Of a stretch of DNA of 64,000 nucleotides, positions 9,918 to 18,830 are shown piece after piece. Numbering within the stretch: the first letter of the stretch is position 1; each line of letters begins with the position of its first letter. The position numbers and the translations under genes are program-made. Under the pieces are notes generated by a model. The model did no database searches. It was not told the origin of the DNA and saw only the letters and a list, made by a program, of their open reading frames with translations. The DNA is from Opitutaceae bacterium (GTDB lineage: Bacteria > Verrucomicrobiota > Verrucomicrobiia > Opitutales > Opitutaceae). The stretch spans positions 226 to 64,225 of the forward strand of contig JAHFTC010000007.1 in assembly GCA_023269585.1 (NCBI GenBank). Direction: 5' to 3'.

Positions 9918-9946
9918 GGACGGCGCGGAGCGCCGTCCCTACCTCG
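9918..9946 (+). repeat. REP-like element: GC hairpin followed by CCCTACC
   Basis: GGACGGCGCGGAGCGCCGTCCCTACCTCG, with stem gacggcgc/gcgccgtc. Same family at 30216-30242, 30308-30334, 52831-52856, 53954-53980 and 53991-54017. Confidence 0.75.
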
Positions 9947-10005
9947 AACCGTCTGAAGCGAGCGACTCGCTGGCGGGATCGGACCGTGAACGCTCCTTCA
10001 CCCGG

Positions 10006-10040
10006 ACAAAAAGAAGCCGCGCTCGGGTGAGCGCGGCTTC
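10006..10040 (-). terminator. rho-independent terminator of the GreA-like gene
   Basis: 12-bp perfect stem gaagccgcgctc/gagcgcggcttc (10013-10040), followed on the minus strand by TTTTT. Lies 24 nt past the stop at 10064. Confidence 0.6.
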
Positions 10041-10063
10041 GGAAACTGGCGGAGACCGAGGGC

Positions 10064-11911
10064 TTACTTCGCGTCGACGTAGCGGCGGATGGACTGGATC
10101 GAGTAGGAGTGTTCCTCGCTGCCGATCTTCACCTTCACCTCGTCGCCGATCTTCTTGGACAGAAGGGCGAGACCCAGCGGGGTCTTGTACGACATGATGT
10201 TCGCGTCGGGATTGCTGTCCCAGGCGCCGAGGATCGAGTAGGTGACGCCCTTCTTGGTGCCGAGGTCGCGGAGCTCGACGACGGAGCCGACGCCGACGGA
10301 GTCGGTGGTGACTTCCTTGAAGTCGGTCACGCGGGCGCTGCCGAGTTCGCGTTCGAGCTGGCTCTTCTGGGCGAGGAGGAGCGACTGGTCCTGCTTGGCC
10401 ATCTTGTATTCGGAGTTCTCCTTGAGATCGCCGTGCTCGCGGGCGGCGGCGATGGCCTTGGAGTTCTCCGGAATCTTCTTGGTGACGATGGTATCGTACT
10501 CCTCGCGCTTGCGCTCGTAGCTGGACTTCGAGACGAGGAGGGCCTCGCCCTTCTCGCTCTCGTCGCTGGCGACGAGGGACTGGATGCCGGGGAAGAGTTT
10601 GATGAAGCGGGCGAGCAGCGACTTCTTGGTCAGTTCCTCGAAGCCCTGGTTGAGCATGAGGGTGTTGGCGAGGTCGCGCGCGGTCTCCGGATCGGCGGTG
10701 GAGAGCAGGTCGGGGATGAGATCGATGTCGTCGCTGAGGATGTCGGCGAGCGGCATGCGGCGGGCGCCGGCGGTCTGGAGGGCCTCATAGTCGATCGCGA
10801 AGAGGATCGCGGTGAGGAGGCGGGGCCCGATGAGGTCGTTGAGGAGGCGGGAGAACTTCCGGGTGGTGCGGTTCTTGACGATCCAGAGGAGGACCGGGGC
10901 GCGCAGGTTCTGCTCGACCTGCCAGCGCTGGAAGGTGGTGGTGATCTCGGGGCCGCACTCGTGGTCGATCAGGAAGTTCACGCACTCGGTGGTGAACTTG
11001 CCGGAGCTGAGCTTGAGCAGGGTGAAGACGTTCTCCTTCCACGACGTCGGATGGGCGACGTGGATGAGCTCGAGCAGGCGGACGTGGGTGCCCGTGGGGA
11101 GCTTCTCGGCGATGGACGGCAGGTCGCGCTCGGTGGCGACGATCTCCTCGACCTTCGGTTCGAAGGCGGAGATGTCCTGGCCGGCGATGGCGGCGAGGTC
11201 GTTGCGGACCCAGGCGCCGTGGAGGCGCTCGGCGAGCTCGAGGGCGGCCGTTTCCTTGACGATCGTGATGATGTCGGCGAGCAGCTCGGTGGCGAGGGGC
11301 TTGAGGTCCTTCTTCTTCGCGGTGGCGAGGAGCTCGGCGGCGATCTGCAGGCGGCGGCGGGGGGAGCGGGTGTTCTTGAACTGCTCCATGAGCTCGTCCT
11401 CGACGTTCACCGGTTCGTCACGCAGGACGAAGACCTCGGTGCGCTTGGCGGGCACGGAGACGCGGGGGTCGCCGGCGAGCTGCTTCTTGGCGGCGGTCCA
11501 CCACTTCTTGAATTTGTCGGCGCCGAGCACGCTGCTGAAAAGATTCTCCAACTCGACGCCGGTGGCGGCGTTGTTGGGATAGGTCGCGAGGGCATCGACG
11601 ACGAGTTGCGCCGGGTTGTTTGCGATGAGGTCGGCGATCTTGGCGGCCTCGGTCTGCTGGCGGACGAGCAGATGTTTCTCGGGAAGCACGTCGAGCGTTC
11701 CGATGCAAAAAGCCGGGTCCATCGGATGGCCGGGCTTGCCGTCGAAATCGATCAGGAGCCGCCGATTGGCGGCGTCGTAGGACTTGATGCGGCCGAAGCC
11801 CCAGCTGCGGTGGACGCAGTACGCGCCGGGCTTCATCGCCTCGAGCTTGGCCTTGGAGGGCTTCAGGTCGGGCTTTAGGGAGATCAAATCGTGGACGGCT
11901 TCAGCGTTCAT
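10064..11911 (-). CDS. long GreA/GreB-family transcription factor (C-terminal GreA domain, about 450-aa N-terminal extension)
   Basis: C-terminal 150 aa match GreA (REHGDLKENSEYKMAKQDQ, YSILGAWDS, SYKTPLGLALL). Start set to ATG 11911 (MNAEAVHDL). Confidence 0.75.
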   Translation of the reverse strand: MNAEAVHDLISLKPDLKPSKAKLEAMKPGAYCVHRSWGFGRIKSYDAANRRLLIDFDGKPGHPMDPAFCIGTLDVLPEKHLLVRQQTEAAKIADLIANNPAQLVVDALATYPNNAATGVELENLFSSVLGADKFKKWWTAAKKQLAGDPRVSVPAKRTEVFVLRDEPVNVEDELMEQFKNTRSPRRRLQIAAELLATAKKKDLKPLATELLADIITIVKETAALELAERLHGAWVRNDLAAIAGQDISAFEPKVEEIVATERDLPSIAEKLPTGTHVRLLELIHVAHPTSWKENVFTLLKLSSGKFTTECVNFLIDHECGPEITTTFQRWQVEQNLRAPVLLWIVKNRTTRKFSRLLNDLIGPRLLTAILFAIDYEALQTAGARRMPLADILSDDIDLIPDLLSTADPETARDLANTLMLNQGFEELTKKSLLARFIKLFPGIQSLVASDESEKGEALLVSKSSYERKREEYDTIVTKKIPENSKAIAAAREHGDLKENSEYKMAKQDQSLLLAQKSQLERELGSARVTDFKEVTTDSVGVGSVVELRDLGTKKGVTYSILGAWDSNPDANIMSYKTPLGLALLSKKIGDEVKVKIGSEEHSYSIQSIRRYVDAK

Positions 11912-11990
11912 AAATTCTTCGTCGAATTGCGGAAGGGTACGATTTGAGCGGCTATTGCATGGTGATGTCAAACTGTGTCTCATCCATTGC

Positions 11991-13355
11991 ATGGAGTCTG
12001 CTCACCGAACTTTTCCGCCGAAACAACGTTTTGCCGTCGATCGCCCCGCCGAAAGGAGCCGCCCGGAGCGGTCGCGCGGGCCCTCGGCCGCGGAGACGTG
12101 GACGCTCGCCGTGGCGCTCGTCGCCGGCTGGCGGGAAGGGCAGGGGCGGGCGGATCATTTGTTGAGTGATCTGGCCGGGAGTTCACCGGATCGGGGACCG
12201 GCGCAGAATTTGTTTTACGCGACTTTGCGCCATTGGCGCCGGACGGAGGAGGCGATCCGTCCGCTGATCGAGAAGGCCCCGCGGGTGCGGTTGCAGGCGT
12301 TGCTGGCGATCGCCGGCGCGGAGCTGATCGAGAAACCGGAAGTCGCGACCGCCGCGATTGTGGACAACGCCGTCGAGCAGTCGAAGCGCCAGCTCAGCGC
12401 GCCCGAGGCGGGCCTGGTCAACGCGGTGCTCCGCCGCGCCGCGCCGGCTCTGCGGGAGACGCCGTCGCCGGCCGCCGGTGCCACGCCCGAGGAACTCGCC
12501 TCCTATTTCAGCCACCCGACGTGGCTGGTGAAGCGTTGGTTGGAGGAGTTCGGGGCCGACGCCACCCACCGGCTGCTCGAGTGGAACCAGGCCACGGCGC
12601 ATGTCCACCTGCGCTGGCGGGCGGCCACGCCGCTGCCGGCCGGGCTGGAACCCAAACCGTGGCCCGGCTGGTTCCGCCTCGCCCACGGCCATTGGGCCGA
12701 CATCCAGGCCGCGCTCGCGGCGGGCCACTGCTATCTCCAGGATCCGGCGACACGGCTGGCGCCGGAGCTGGCGGCACCCGCGGCGGGCGAGCAATGGCTG
12801 GAGCTGTGCGCCGCACCGGGCGGCAAGACGCTCCAGCTCGCCGACCTGATGGGCGGCGGGCGCATCGTCGCCGTCGACCGGGCGGGCGGGCGGCTGAAAC
12901 GCTTCGAGGAGAACGTCGCGCGCTGGCGTACGGCCGGACTGGCGACGGAGATCGCGCTGCTCGGGGCCGACGGCCTGGCGCTCACCGGCGAGGAGCTCGC
13001 CGCGCGCGACCTGCCGGCGCAGTACGACGGCGTGTTCATCGATGTGCCCTGTTCGAACACGGGTGTGATCCGCCATCGGGTCGACGCGAAGTGGCGGCTG
13101 AAACCGGACGAGTTCACCCAGCTGGCCGAGGTGCAGGGGCGGATGCTCGCCGCCGCGGCGCGCTTCGTGCGGCCGGGCGGCAAACTGGTCTATTCGACGT
13201 GCAGCCTCGAGCCGGAGGAGAACGCCGAGGTGATCGAGGCCTTCCTCGACGACGAAGGCGGCCGCGCGTTCACGCTCGAAGCCTCGGCGCTCGGCCGGCC
13301 GTGGGAACACGGGCATGACGGCGCCGGCGCCTTCCGGCTGCGGCGGAAGGCCTGA
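11991..13355 (+). CDS. rsmB: RsmB/Sun-family rRNA cytosine-C5 methyltransferase
   Basis: NusB-like N-terminus plus SAM methyltransferase motifs (LELCAAPGGKT, FIDVPCSNTGVIRH, LVYSTCSLEPEENA). Start at ATG 11991 avoids overlap with the divergent gene. Confidence 0.75.
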   Translation: MESAHRTFPPKQRFAVDRPAERSRPERSRGPSAAETWTLAVALVAGWREGQGRADHLLSDLAGSSPDRGPAQNLFYATLRHWRRTEEAIRPLIEKAPRVRLQALLAIAGAELIEKPEVATAAIVDNAVEQSKRQLSAPEAGLVNAVLRRAAPALRETPSPAAGATPEELASYFSHPTWLVKRWLEEFGADATHRLLEWNQATAHVHLRWRAATPLPAGLEPKPWPGWFRLAHGHWADIQAALAAGHCYLQDPATRLAPELAAPAAGEQWLELCAAPGGKTLQLADLMGGGRIVAVDRAGGRLKRFEENVARWRTAGLATEIALLGADGLALTGEELAARDLPAQYDGVFIDVPCSNTGVIRHRVDAKWRLKPDEFTQLAEVQGRMLAAAARFVRPGGKLVYSTCSLEPEENAEVIEAFLDDEGGRAFTLEASALGRPWEHGHDGAGAFRLRRKA

Positions 13356-13638
13356 CGCCGGCGCACGGGGCGCTCACGCGGAACCGTCCGGTGGGCGCGA
13401 CGGTGGCGCGGGCTCGTCGGCAGATTCCGGATAGAGGCGCCGCAGGCAGTCGAGGCACAGGCCGTGTGAGAACTCGGCGGCGGTGTGCGCCTGCAGGGCG
13501 CGCTCGACGTGTGTCCAGTAGCCGGAGCCGTCGCGGGCGCGGGGCAGCTCGGGCGCGGGAGCGCGATCGCGCGTTGGCGGGCGGCCTCGAGGGAGCTGCG
13601 CAATCGCCTCGGCCTCGGGCGGGGAGACGACGGGGCGG

Positions 13639-14124
13639 TCAGGGCTTGCCGGCGGCTTCGCGCAGGCGCTGCACGAGCGAGGGGATCGCCTCGACCATGC
13701 TGTCGCGGCAGGCTTCGTATTCGCGGAAGTTGCCGCCGTAGGGGTCGGGGATCTCCGTGTCGCCATCGCGGCCCACGAATTCGCGGAAGAGGTGGAGGTT
13801 CTGCGGCACGCGTTCGAAGTTGAGCTCGATCATTGAGCGGTGCGACTCGGTCATGCAGAAGACGGCGAGTGCCTGGTCGAGCAGGGCCTGGGTGAGCGGC
13901 TGGCTGCTGTGGGCGGCGAGATCGATCCCGACCTTCTTCAACGCCGCGACCGAGTTGTCGGTGGCCGGTTGGCCGCGCGCGGCGGCGATGCCGGCGGAGA
14001 CGACCTTGAGTGAACGCAATGGCTCGGGCTGGGCGGCGAGCGCGTGCTGGAGCAGTTTCTCGCCCATGGGGCTGCGGCAGATGTTGGCCGTGCAGACGAC
14101 GATGACGAGGCCGGGGGCGGGCAT
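13639..14124 (-). CDS. low-molecular-weight protein-tyrosine phosphatase
   Basis: CX5R(S) loop VCTANICRSPMGE and the DPY motif IPDPYGG. Alternative start at 14160. Confidence 0.8.
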   Translation of the reverse strand: MPAPGLVIVVCTANICRSPMGEKLLQHALAAQPEPLRSLKVVSAGIAAARGQPATDNSVAALKKVGIDLAAHSSQPLTQALLDQALAVFCMTESHRSMIELNFERVPQNLHLFREFVGRDGDTEIPDPYGGNFREYEACRDSMVEAIPSLVQRLREAAGKP

Positions 14125-14128
14125 GGGC

Positions 14129-14866
14129 TCAGGTGTGTTCGGGAATGCGGCCGAGGGCAAGCAGTGCGCGGTGGATGAAGACGGCGCGTTGGAGGAGGGT
14201 GTCCTGAAGCGGCAGTTCGGCCGGTTTCGTGTCCGCGGCGGCGGGCGCGGGCGCGGCGGGTGCGGCGCCGTCGCGGCGGCCGTTGGCGTGGTTCTGGGCG
14301 AGGTGTTGCTCGTCGTAACGCGTCTTCGCGACCTTCTCCTCGATCAACTCACGGGGCGGGCGCCCGGCGGCGAGCGCTTCGGCCGCGGCGCGGTCGCGAG
14401 CAGGATCGACGGCGATGGCGACGCTGGTCGGGAAACCGGCGTCCCGCGCGGCGAGGGTGAGCACGCCAGGCGCGGCGGGTACGGCGGCGCGCACTGTGGC
14501 GGGAGTGTCGGGGCCGAGCAGAACGAAGAGCGGGCGCGTGGCGTCGCGGCCGGCGACGCTTTTGCGCAGGCGGGCGAGGAGGGCGGGATCGTCGCTGGCC
14601 ATGCGCAGGTCGAGCACGAGTGCCGGGGCGGCGAGCGCGGCGGCTAACTCGGGCTCGTCGGCCGCGCCCGGGCCGAGGCGGAGGTAGCGCAGGCCGCGGC
14701 CGAGATCGAGCGGATCGGCGGTGGCGACCTTCTCGTTCGCCGGTGCTTTCTCCGCGGGGGCGGGCACCGGGGCGGGCTCGGCGGCCCGGACGACGGACAC
14801 CAGCCCGGCCGCGAGGAGCAGCGGCAGGGCGCGGAACACGACGAGGCGGGCGGCGCGGGCGCGCAT
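14129..14866 (-). CDS. hypothetical secreted protein
   Basis: Begins MRARAARLVVFRALPLLLAAGLVSVVRAAEP (signal peptide). Its ATG overlaps the purD stop codon (TGATG). The rest of the 420-aa ORF-track entry is an antisense shadow of purD. Confidence 0.5.
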   Translation of the reverse strand: MRARAARLVVFRALPLLLAAGLVSVVRAAEPAPVPAPAEKAPANEKVATADPLDLGRGLRYLRLGPGAADEPELAAALAAPALVLDLRMASDDPALLARLRKSVAGRDATRPLFVLLGPDTPATVRAAVPAAPGVLTLAARDAGFPTSVAIAVDPARDRAAAEALAAGRPPRELIEEKVAKTRYDEQHLAQNHANGRRDGAAPAAPAPAAADTKPAELPLQDTLLQRAVFIHRALLALGRIPEHT

Positions 14867-16155
14867 CACTTGCGGTTGAGCTGCTTGGCGCCGATGTCGC
14901 GGCGGCAGTATTTGGAGACAAAGCCGATCTGGTCGCAGAGCACGTACGCGCTGCGGGCGGCCTGGCGCAGCGTGGGCGCGAGCGCGGTCACGCCGAGGAC
15001 GCGACCGCCGTTGGTGACGATCTGGCGGTTGCTGGAGACGGCGGTGCCGGCGTGGAAGATGAACTCGCTCGAGCCGGAGACGCGCGGGAGCGTGATGGCA
15101 TCGCCTTTCGGATACTTGTCGGGGTAGCCCTGGGCGGCGAGCACGACGCAGAGGGCGTAGTCGCTCTTCACTTCGAGCTTCACCTCGTGGAGGCGGTTGT
15201 TGGCGGCGGCCCAGAGGAGCTCGACGGTGTCGGTGGCGAGGCGGGGGAGGAGGACCTGCGTCTCCGGGTCGCCAAACCGCGCGTTGAATTCGATCACCTG
15301 CGGGCCGGTCCTGGTCAGCATGATGCCGATGTAGAGCGTGCCGCGGTACTCCATGCCCTCGGCGGCGATGGCGTCGACGCTGGGCCGGCACATCGTCTTC
15401 TCGATCTCGGCGAGCAGCTTGGCGGTGACGACCTCGGCGGGCGAGTAGGCGCCCATGCCGCCGGTGTTGGGGCCGGTGTCGCCGTCGCCCACGCGCTTGT
15501 GGTCCTGGCTGGTGGGAAGGACGACGAACTCACGGCCGGAGACGACGAGATGGATGGAGGTCTCCTCGCCGTGCAGGCAGTCCTCGATGAGGATACGCTG
15601 GCCGCTGGCGCCGAACGCCCCGCCCTCGAGCATCATCTTCACGGCGGCCTCGGCCTCCTTGAGCTCGGGGGTGACGACCACGCCTTTGCCGGCCGCGAGA
15701 CCGTCGGCCTTGATCACGTAGGGGGCCTTGCGGGTCTTCAGGTAGGCCACGGCGGGGGCGACCTCGGTGAAGAACTTGGCGGGGGCGGTCGGGATCTTGT
15801 ATTTGAGGAGCAACTCCTTGGTGAAAATCTTGCTCGCCTCGAGGCGGGCGCCGTCGGCCTTCGGACCGTAGGCGGGGATGCCGGCGGCGCTGAGCGCGTC
15901 GACGAGGCCGAGGCTCAGCGGGACCTCGGGGCCGACGATGACGAACTCGATCCGCTCCTTCTTGGCGAGGGCGACCAGACCCGGGACATCCTCGACCGGC
16001 ACGGGGAAGCACTTCACATCGCGGGCGATGCCGCCGTTGCCCGGCGCGGCCAGCACGCGGGGACGCGTGGGGCTCTTGAGGCAGGCGGTCACGATGGCGT
16101 GCTCGCGGCCGCCGGAACCGACGACGAGGATGGAGTGGGGAAGAGGCAGTGGCAT
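14866..16155 (-). CDS. purD: phosphoribosylamine--glycine ligase
   Basis: Full-length PurD-like sequence (ILVVGSGGREHAI, ATP-grasp region, GGMGAYSPA). Start at ATG 16155. Confidence 0.92.
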   Translation of the reverse strand: MPLPLPHSILVVGSGGREHAIVTACLKSPTRPRVLAAPGNGGIARDVKCFPVPVEDVPGLVALAKKERIEFVIVGPEVPLSLGLVDALSAAGIPAYGPKADGARLEASKIFTKELLLKYKIPTAPAKFFTEVAPAVAYLKTRKAPYVIKADGLAAGKGVVVTPELKEAEAAVKMMLEGGAFGASGQRILIEDCLHGEETSIHLVVSGREFVVLPTSQDHKRVGDGDTGPNTGGMGAYSPAEVVTAKLLAEIEKTMCRPSVDAIAAEGMEYRGTLYIGIMLTRTGPQVIEFNARFGDPETQVLLPRLATDTVELLWAAANNRLHEVKLEVKSDYALCVVLAAQGYPDKYPKGDAITLPRVSGSSEFIFHAGTAVSSNRQIVTNGGRVLGVTALAPTLRQAARSAYVLCDQIGFVSKYCRRDIGAKQLNRK

Positions 16156-16168
16156 GGGAAAGGGAGGA

Positions 16169-16804
16169 TCAGAGCAGAGGTCGGGCGGGCAGCTCAAGCG
16201 CGGCGATGGACGCCATGATGCGTTCGGAGGCGAGCTGGTAGCGCTGTTTGCCGGCGGCCGGGTCGTCGTAGTCGGCCGGCAGGAGCGGCCGGCCGATGAC
16301 GTAGGATACCGGATGCGGCGTGGGGATCTTGGCGTTGCGGCCGAAGGCCTCGAACGAGCCGAAGATGCGCGCGGGCAGGACGGGCACGCCGGTCTTGCAC
16401 GCGATCATGCCCACGCCGGACTTGGCGGGCTGGAGCTGGCCGTCCATCGAGCGCGTGCCCTCGGGAAAGAGGATGACGACATCGCCCTGCTCAAGCGCGG
16501 CGATGGTCTTCTTCAACGCCGCCACATCGGCGCCGTCGCGGTCGACCGGGATGCACTCGATGTGGTCCATCCACCAGCGGGGGAAACCGGGTTTCCAGAG
16601 TGTCTTGCGGGCGAAGAACCGGATCTGATGCGGTATCTGGCTGCCGAGCAGCGGCGGATCGAGGTGGCTGCAATGGTTGGAGGCGATCAGGAGCGGCCCG
16701 GTGCGCGGGATGTTGTCGCGGCCAACCACCTCGCCGCGGAAGAACGTGTCGGAGCCGATGCAGATGAGCTGGCGGCAGAGCCAGTAGAGGAGATTTCGCT
16801 TCAT
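16169..16804 (-). CDS. plsC: 1-acyl-sn-glycerol-3-phosphate acyltransferase
   Basis: HX4D motif NHCSHLDPP and the FPEGTRS block. Confidence 0.8.
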   Translation of the reverse strand: MKRNLLYWLCRQLICIGSDTFFRGEVVGRDNIPRTGPLLIASNHCSHLDPPLLGSQIPHQIRFFARKTLWKPGFPRWWMDHIECIPVDRDGADVAALKKTIAALEQGDVVILFPEGTRSMDGQLQPAKSGVGMIACKTGVPVLPARIFGSFEAFGRNAKIPTPHPVSYVIGRPLLPADYDDPAAGKQRYQLASERIMASIAALELPARPLL

Positions 16805-17481
16805 GGCTGCGACGCGGCGAGCTGCGGGGCGATGAGCGCCGCGAGATGGTCGACGACCTGCGGCAGGGTCAGATGCGTGGAGTCGATCGGCGTGGCGCCG
16901 GCCGGGCAGACGAACGGCGCGGTCTTGCGCGCGGCGTCGAGCCGGTCGCGTTCGGCGATCGAATCGGTCTGGCCTTCGGCGGCACGGCGGCGGGCGCGTT
17001 CGACGGGATCGGCGTGGAGGAAGAAGCGGAAGTCGGCCTCGGGGAAGACCACCGAGCCGATGTCGCGGCCCTCCATGATGAGCCCGCGGAAAGCGCCGGT
17101 GCGGGCGACGTGCGCCTGGCTGCGCTGGTACTCGAGTAGGAAGCGGCGCACGGCCGGCACGGCGGCGAAACGCGAGACGTTCTCGTTCACCCGCGGGCCG
17201 CGGATCTCGTCGCCCGGGATCCGGCCGGCGATCTCGATCACCGAGCTGCGGCCGACGACGCGCTGCCCGAGCGGCAACACCGCGAGCGCGGCGGCCACGG
17301 CGGCTTCATTTTCCGGCGACACGCCCCGCTCCAACAGCTCGTGCGTGACGAAGCGGTAGTGCGAGCCGGTGTCGACGTGCAGGAGGTGGAAACGCTCGCT
17401 GAGCGCCCGCGAGGTGGAGGACTTGCCGGAGGCGGCGCCGCCGTCGATGGCGATGATGGGGATCGCGGAGGTGGTGCTCAT
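16801..17481 (-). CDS. cmk: cytidylate kinase
   Basis: P-loop IAIDGGAASGKSSTSRALS and Cmk-like body. The start ATG overlaps the aroA stop (ATGA) and the stop overlaps the plsC start (ATGA). Confidence 0.9.
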   Translation of the reverse strand: MSTTSAIPIIAIDGGAASGKSSTSRALSERFHLLHVDTGSHYRFVTHELLERGVSPENEAAVAAALAVLPLGQRVVGRSSVIEIAGRIPGDEIRGPRVNENVSRFAAVPAVRRFLLEYQRSQAHVARTGAFRGLIMEGRDIGSVVFPEADFRFFLHADPVERARRRAAEGQTDSIAERDRLDAARKTAPFVCPAGATPIDSTHLTLPQVVDHLAALIAPQLAASQP

Positions 17482-18830
17482 GACGCGGGATGCGAACGCG
17501 CGCGCAGGCCGGCGAGCACGTCGAAGAAGTGCGGGAAGGTCTTCGCGCAACAGGCCGGGTCGCGCACCGTGAGCCACGGTTGGCCGTCGCCGCGGAGGTC
17601 GTGGCAGCCCAGCACGCCGAAGCTCATCGCGAACCGGTGGTCGCGGTAGGTCTCGATCGCGGCGGCGCGCAACGGGCGCGGCGTGATCACCAGCGTGTCC
17701 TCGGTCTCGACGACGTCCTGACCGAGGCGGCGCAGCTCGGCGGTCATGCCGGCGACGCGGTCGGTCTCCTGTTTTCGGGTATGCGCGAGGCCGCGAATGG
17801 TCGTGGGGCCGTCGAGCAGCGGCGCGAGGGCGGCGAGCGTGAGGAAGGTGTCGGAGAAGGTGTTGAAGTCGGCGTCGATCCCGCACGGCGTCGCGCCGGC
17901 CGGCAGACTGCTGACGAGCGCGGCGCCGTCGCGCCGGAGGTGCAGGCCTACGCGGGTGATGACGTCGGCGAAGGCGAGGTCGCCCTGGAGGCTGGCGCCC
18001 GCCTCGGGCAGGCCGGCGAGGCGCACGGCGCCGCCGGTGGCGAGCGGGAGCGCGAGGAAGTAGGAGGCGGCGGTGGCGTCGGGCTCGATCTGGTACGCGG
18101 CCGGGGCGAGGAACGGTTGGCCCCACGGCACGTCGAATTCCGCCGCGGGCTGCGCGGCGAGCGCGGCGGTGGGCTGGCCGAACTGCGCCATCTGGCGCAG
18201 CGTCATGGCGACGAAGGGCCAGCGCACGCCGCCGACGAGCCTGATGCGAAGCGGCGTGGCGCAGAGCGGCGCGACCATGAGCAGCGCGGAGAGCATCTGG
18301 CTGCTCTCACGGGCGTCGATCTCGACGGTGCCGCCGCGCAGGCCGGCGGCGTGCAGCTCGAAGGGGAAGCAGCCGGGCTGGCCGAGAAACTTGAACTCGG
18401 CCCCGAGCTGGGTGAGCGCCTCGAGCAGGCCACCCATCGGGCGGCGGCGCATGGCCTCGACTCCATCAAACCGGTACACGCCGCGGCCGGCGGCGGCGCA
18501 GAGCGCGGTGAGGAAACGCGCGGCGGTGCCCGCGTTGCCGATGTGGAGCGTGGCGGCGCGGGCGGGCAGGCGGCCGGCGGCGCCGGCGACGCGGAAGGTG
18601 CATGCGGCGGCATCGGCCGCGACCGGGACGCCGAGCTCGCGCAGCGCGGCGGACATGATCTCGGTGTCCTCGCTGAAGAGCGCACCGCGCAGTTCGACCG
18701 GGCGGTCGCAGAGGGCGGCGAGCAGGAGGGCGCGGTTGGTCAGGCTCTTGGAGCCGGGCAGGGTGACGGCGCCGTCGGCCGGCCGGGTGAAGGGCGCGAT
18801 CGGCAGCTCGGCGGGGAGGGCGGCGCTCAT
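17478..18830 (-). CDS. aroA: 3-phosphoshikimate 1-carboxyvinyltransferase (EPSP synthase)
   Basis: LPGSKSLTNRALLLAAL and full-length EPSPS-like sequence. The start at 18830 overlaps the tyrA stop (ATGA). Confidence 0.92.
   Translation of the reverse strand: MSAALPAELPIAPFTRPADGAVTLPGSKSLTNRALLLAALCDRPVELRGALFSEDTEIMSAALRELGVPVAADAAACTFRVAGAAGRLPARAATLHIGNAGTAARFLTALCAAAGRGVYRFDGVEAMRRRPMGGLLEALTQLGAEFKFLGQPGCFPFELHAAGLRGGTVEIDARESSQMLSALLMVAPLCATPLRIRLVGGVRWPFVAMTLRQMAQFGQPTAALAAQPAAEFDVPWGQPFLAPAAYQIEPDATAASYFLALPLATGGAVRLAGLPEAGASLQGDLAFADVITRVGLHLRRDGAALVSSLPAGATPCGIDADFNTFSDTFLTLAALAPLLDGPTTIRGLAHTRKQETDRVAGMTAELRRLGQDVVETEDTLVITPRPLRAAAIETYRDHRFAMSFGVLGCHDLRGDGQPWLTVRDPACCAKTFPHFFDVLAGLRARSHPAS

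Noticed and set aside
10109-11878. Long antisense ORFs opposite real genes. Examples: 10109..11878, 14620..16218, 17490..18941, 21603..23318, 33538..36147, 35757..38390, 54100..56775 and 59760..61502.
   Set aside because: These are typical high-GC shadow ORFs. They have Arg/Ala/Gly/Pro-dominated low-complexity translations and no family resemblance. Each fully overlaps a gene with strong homology-type evidence on the other strand.
13374-13520. Minus-strand peptide ...YWTHVERALQAHTAAEFSHGLCLDCLRRLYPE..., which resembles the C-terminal (S/T)HG(I/L)CxxC motif of small zinc-finger proteins.
   Set aside because: No ATG, GTG or TTG start is available downstream of the phosphatase gene in this frame, and the expected N-terminal CxxC is absent in all frames. 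It may be a decayed remnant and is not supportable as a gene.
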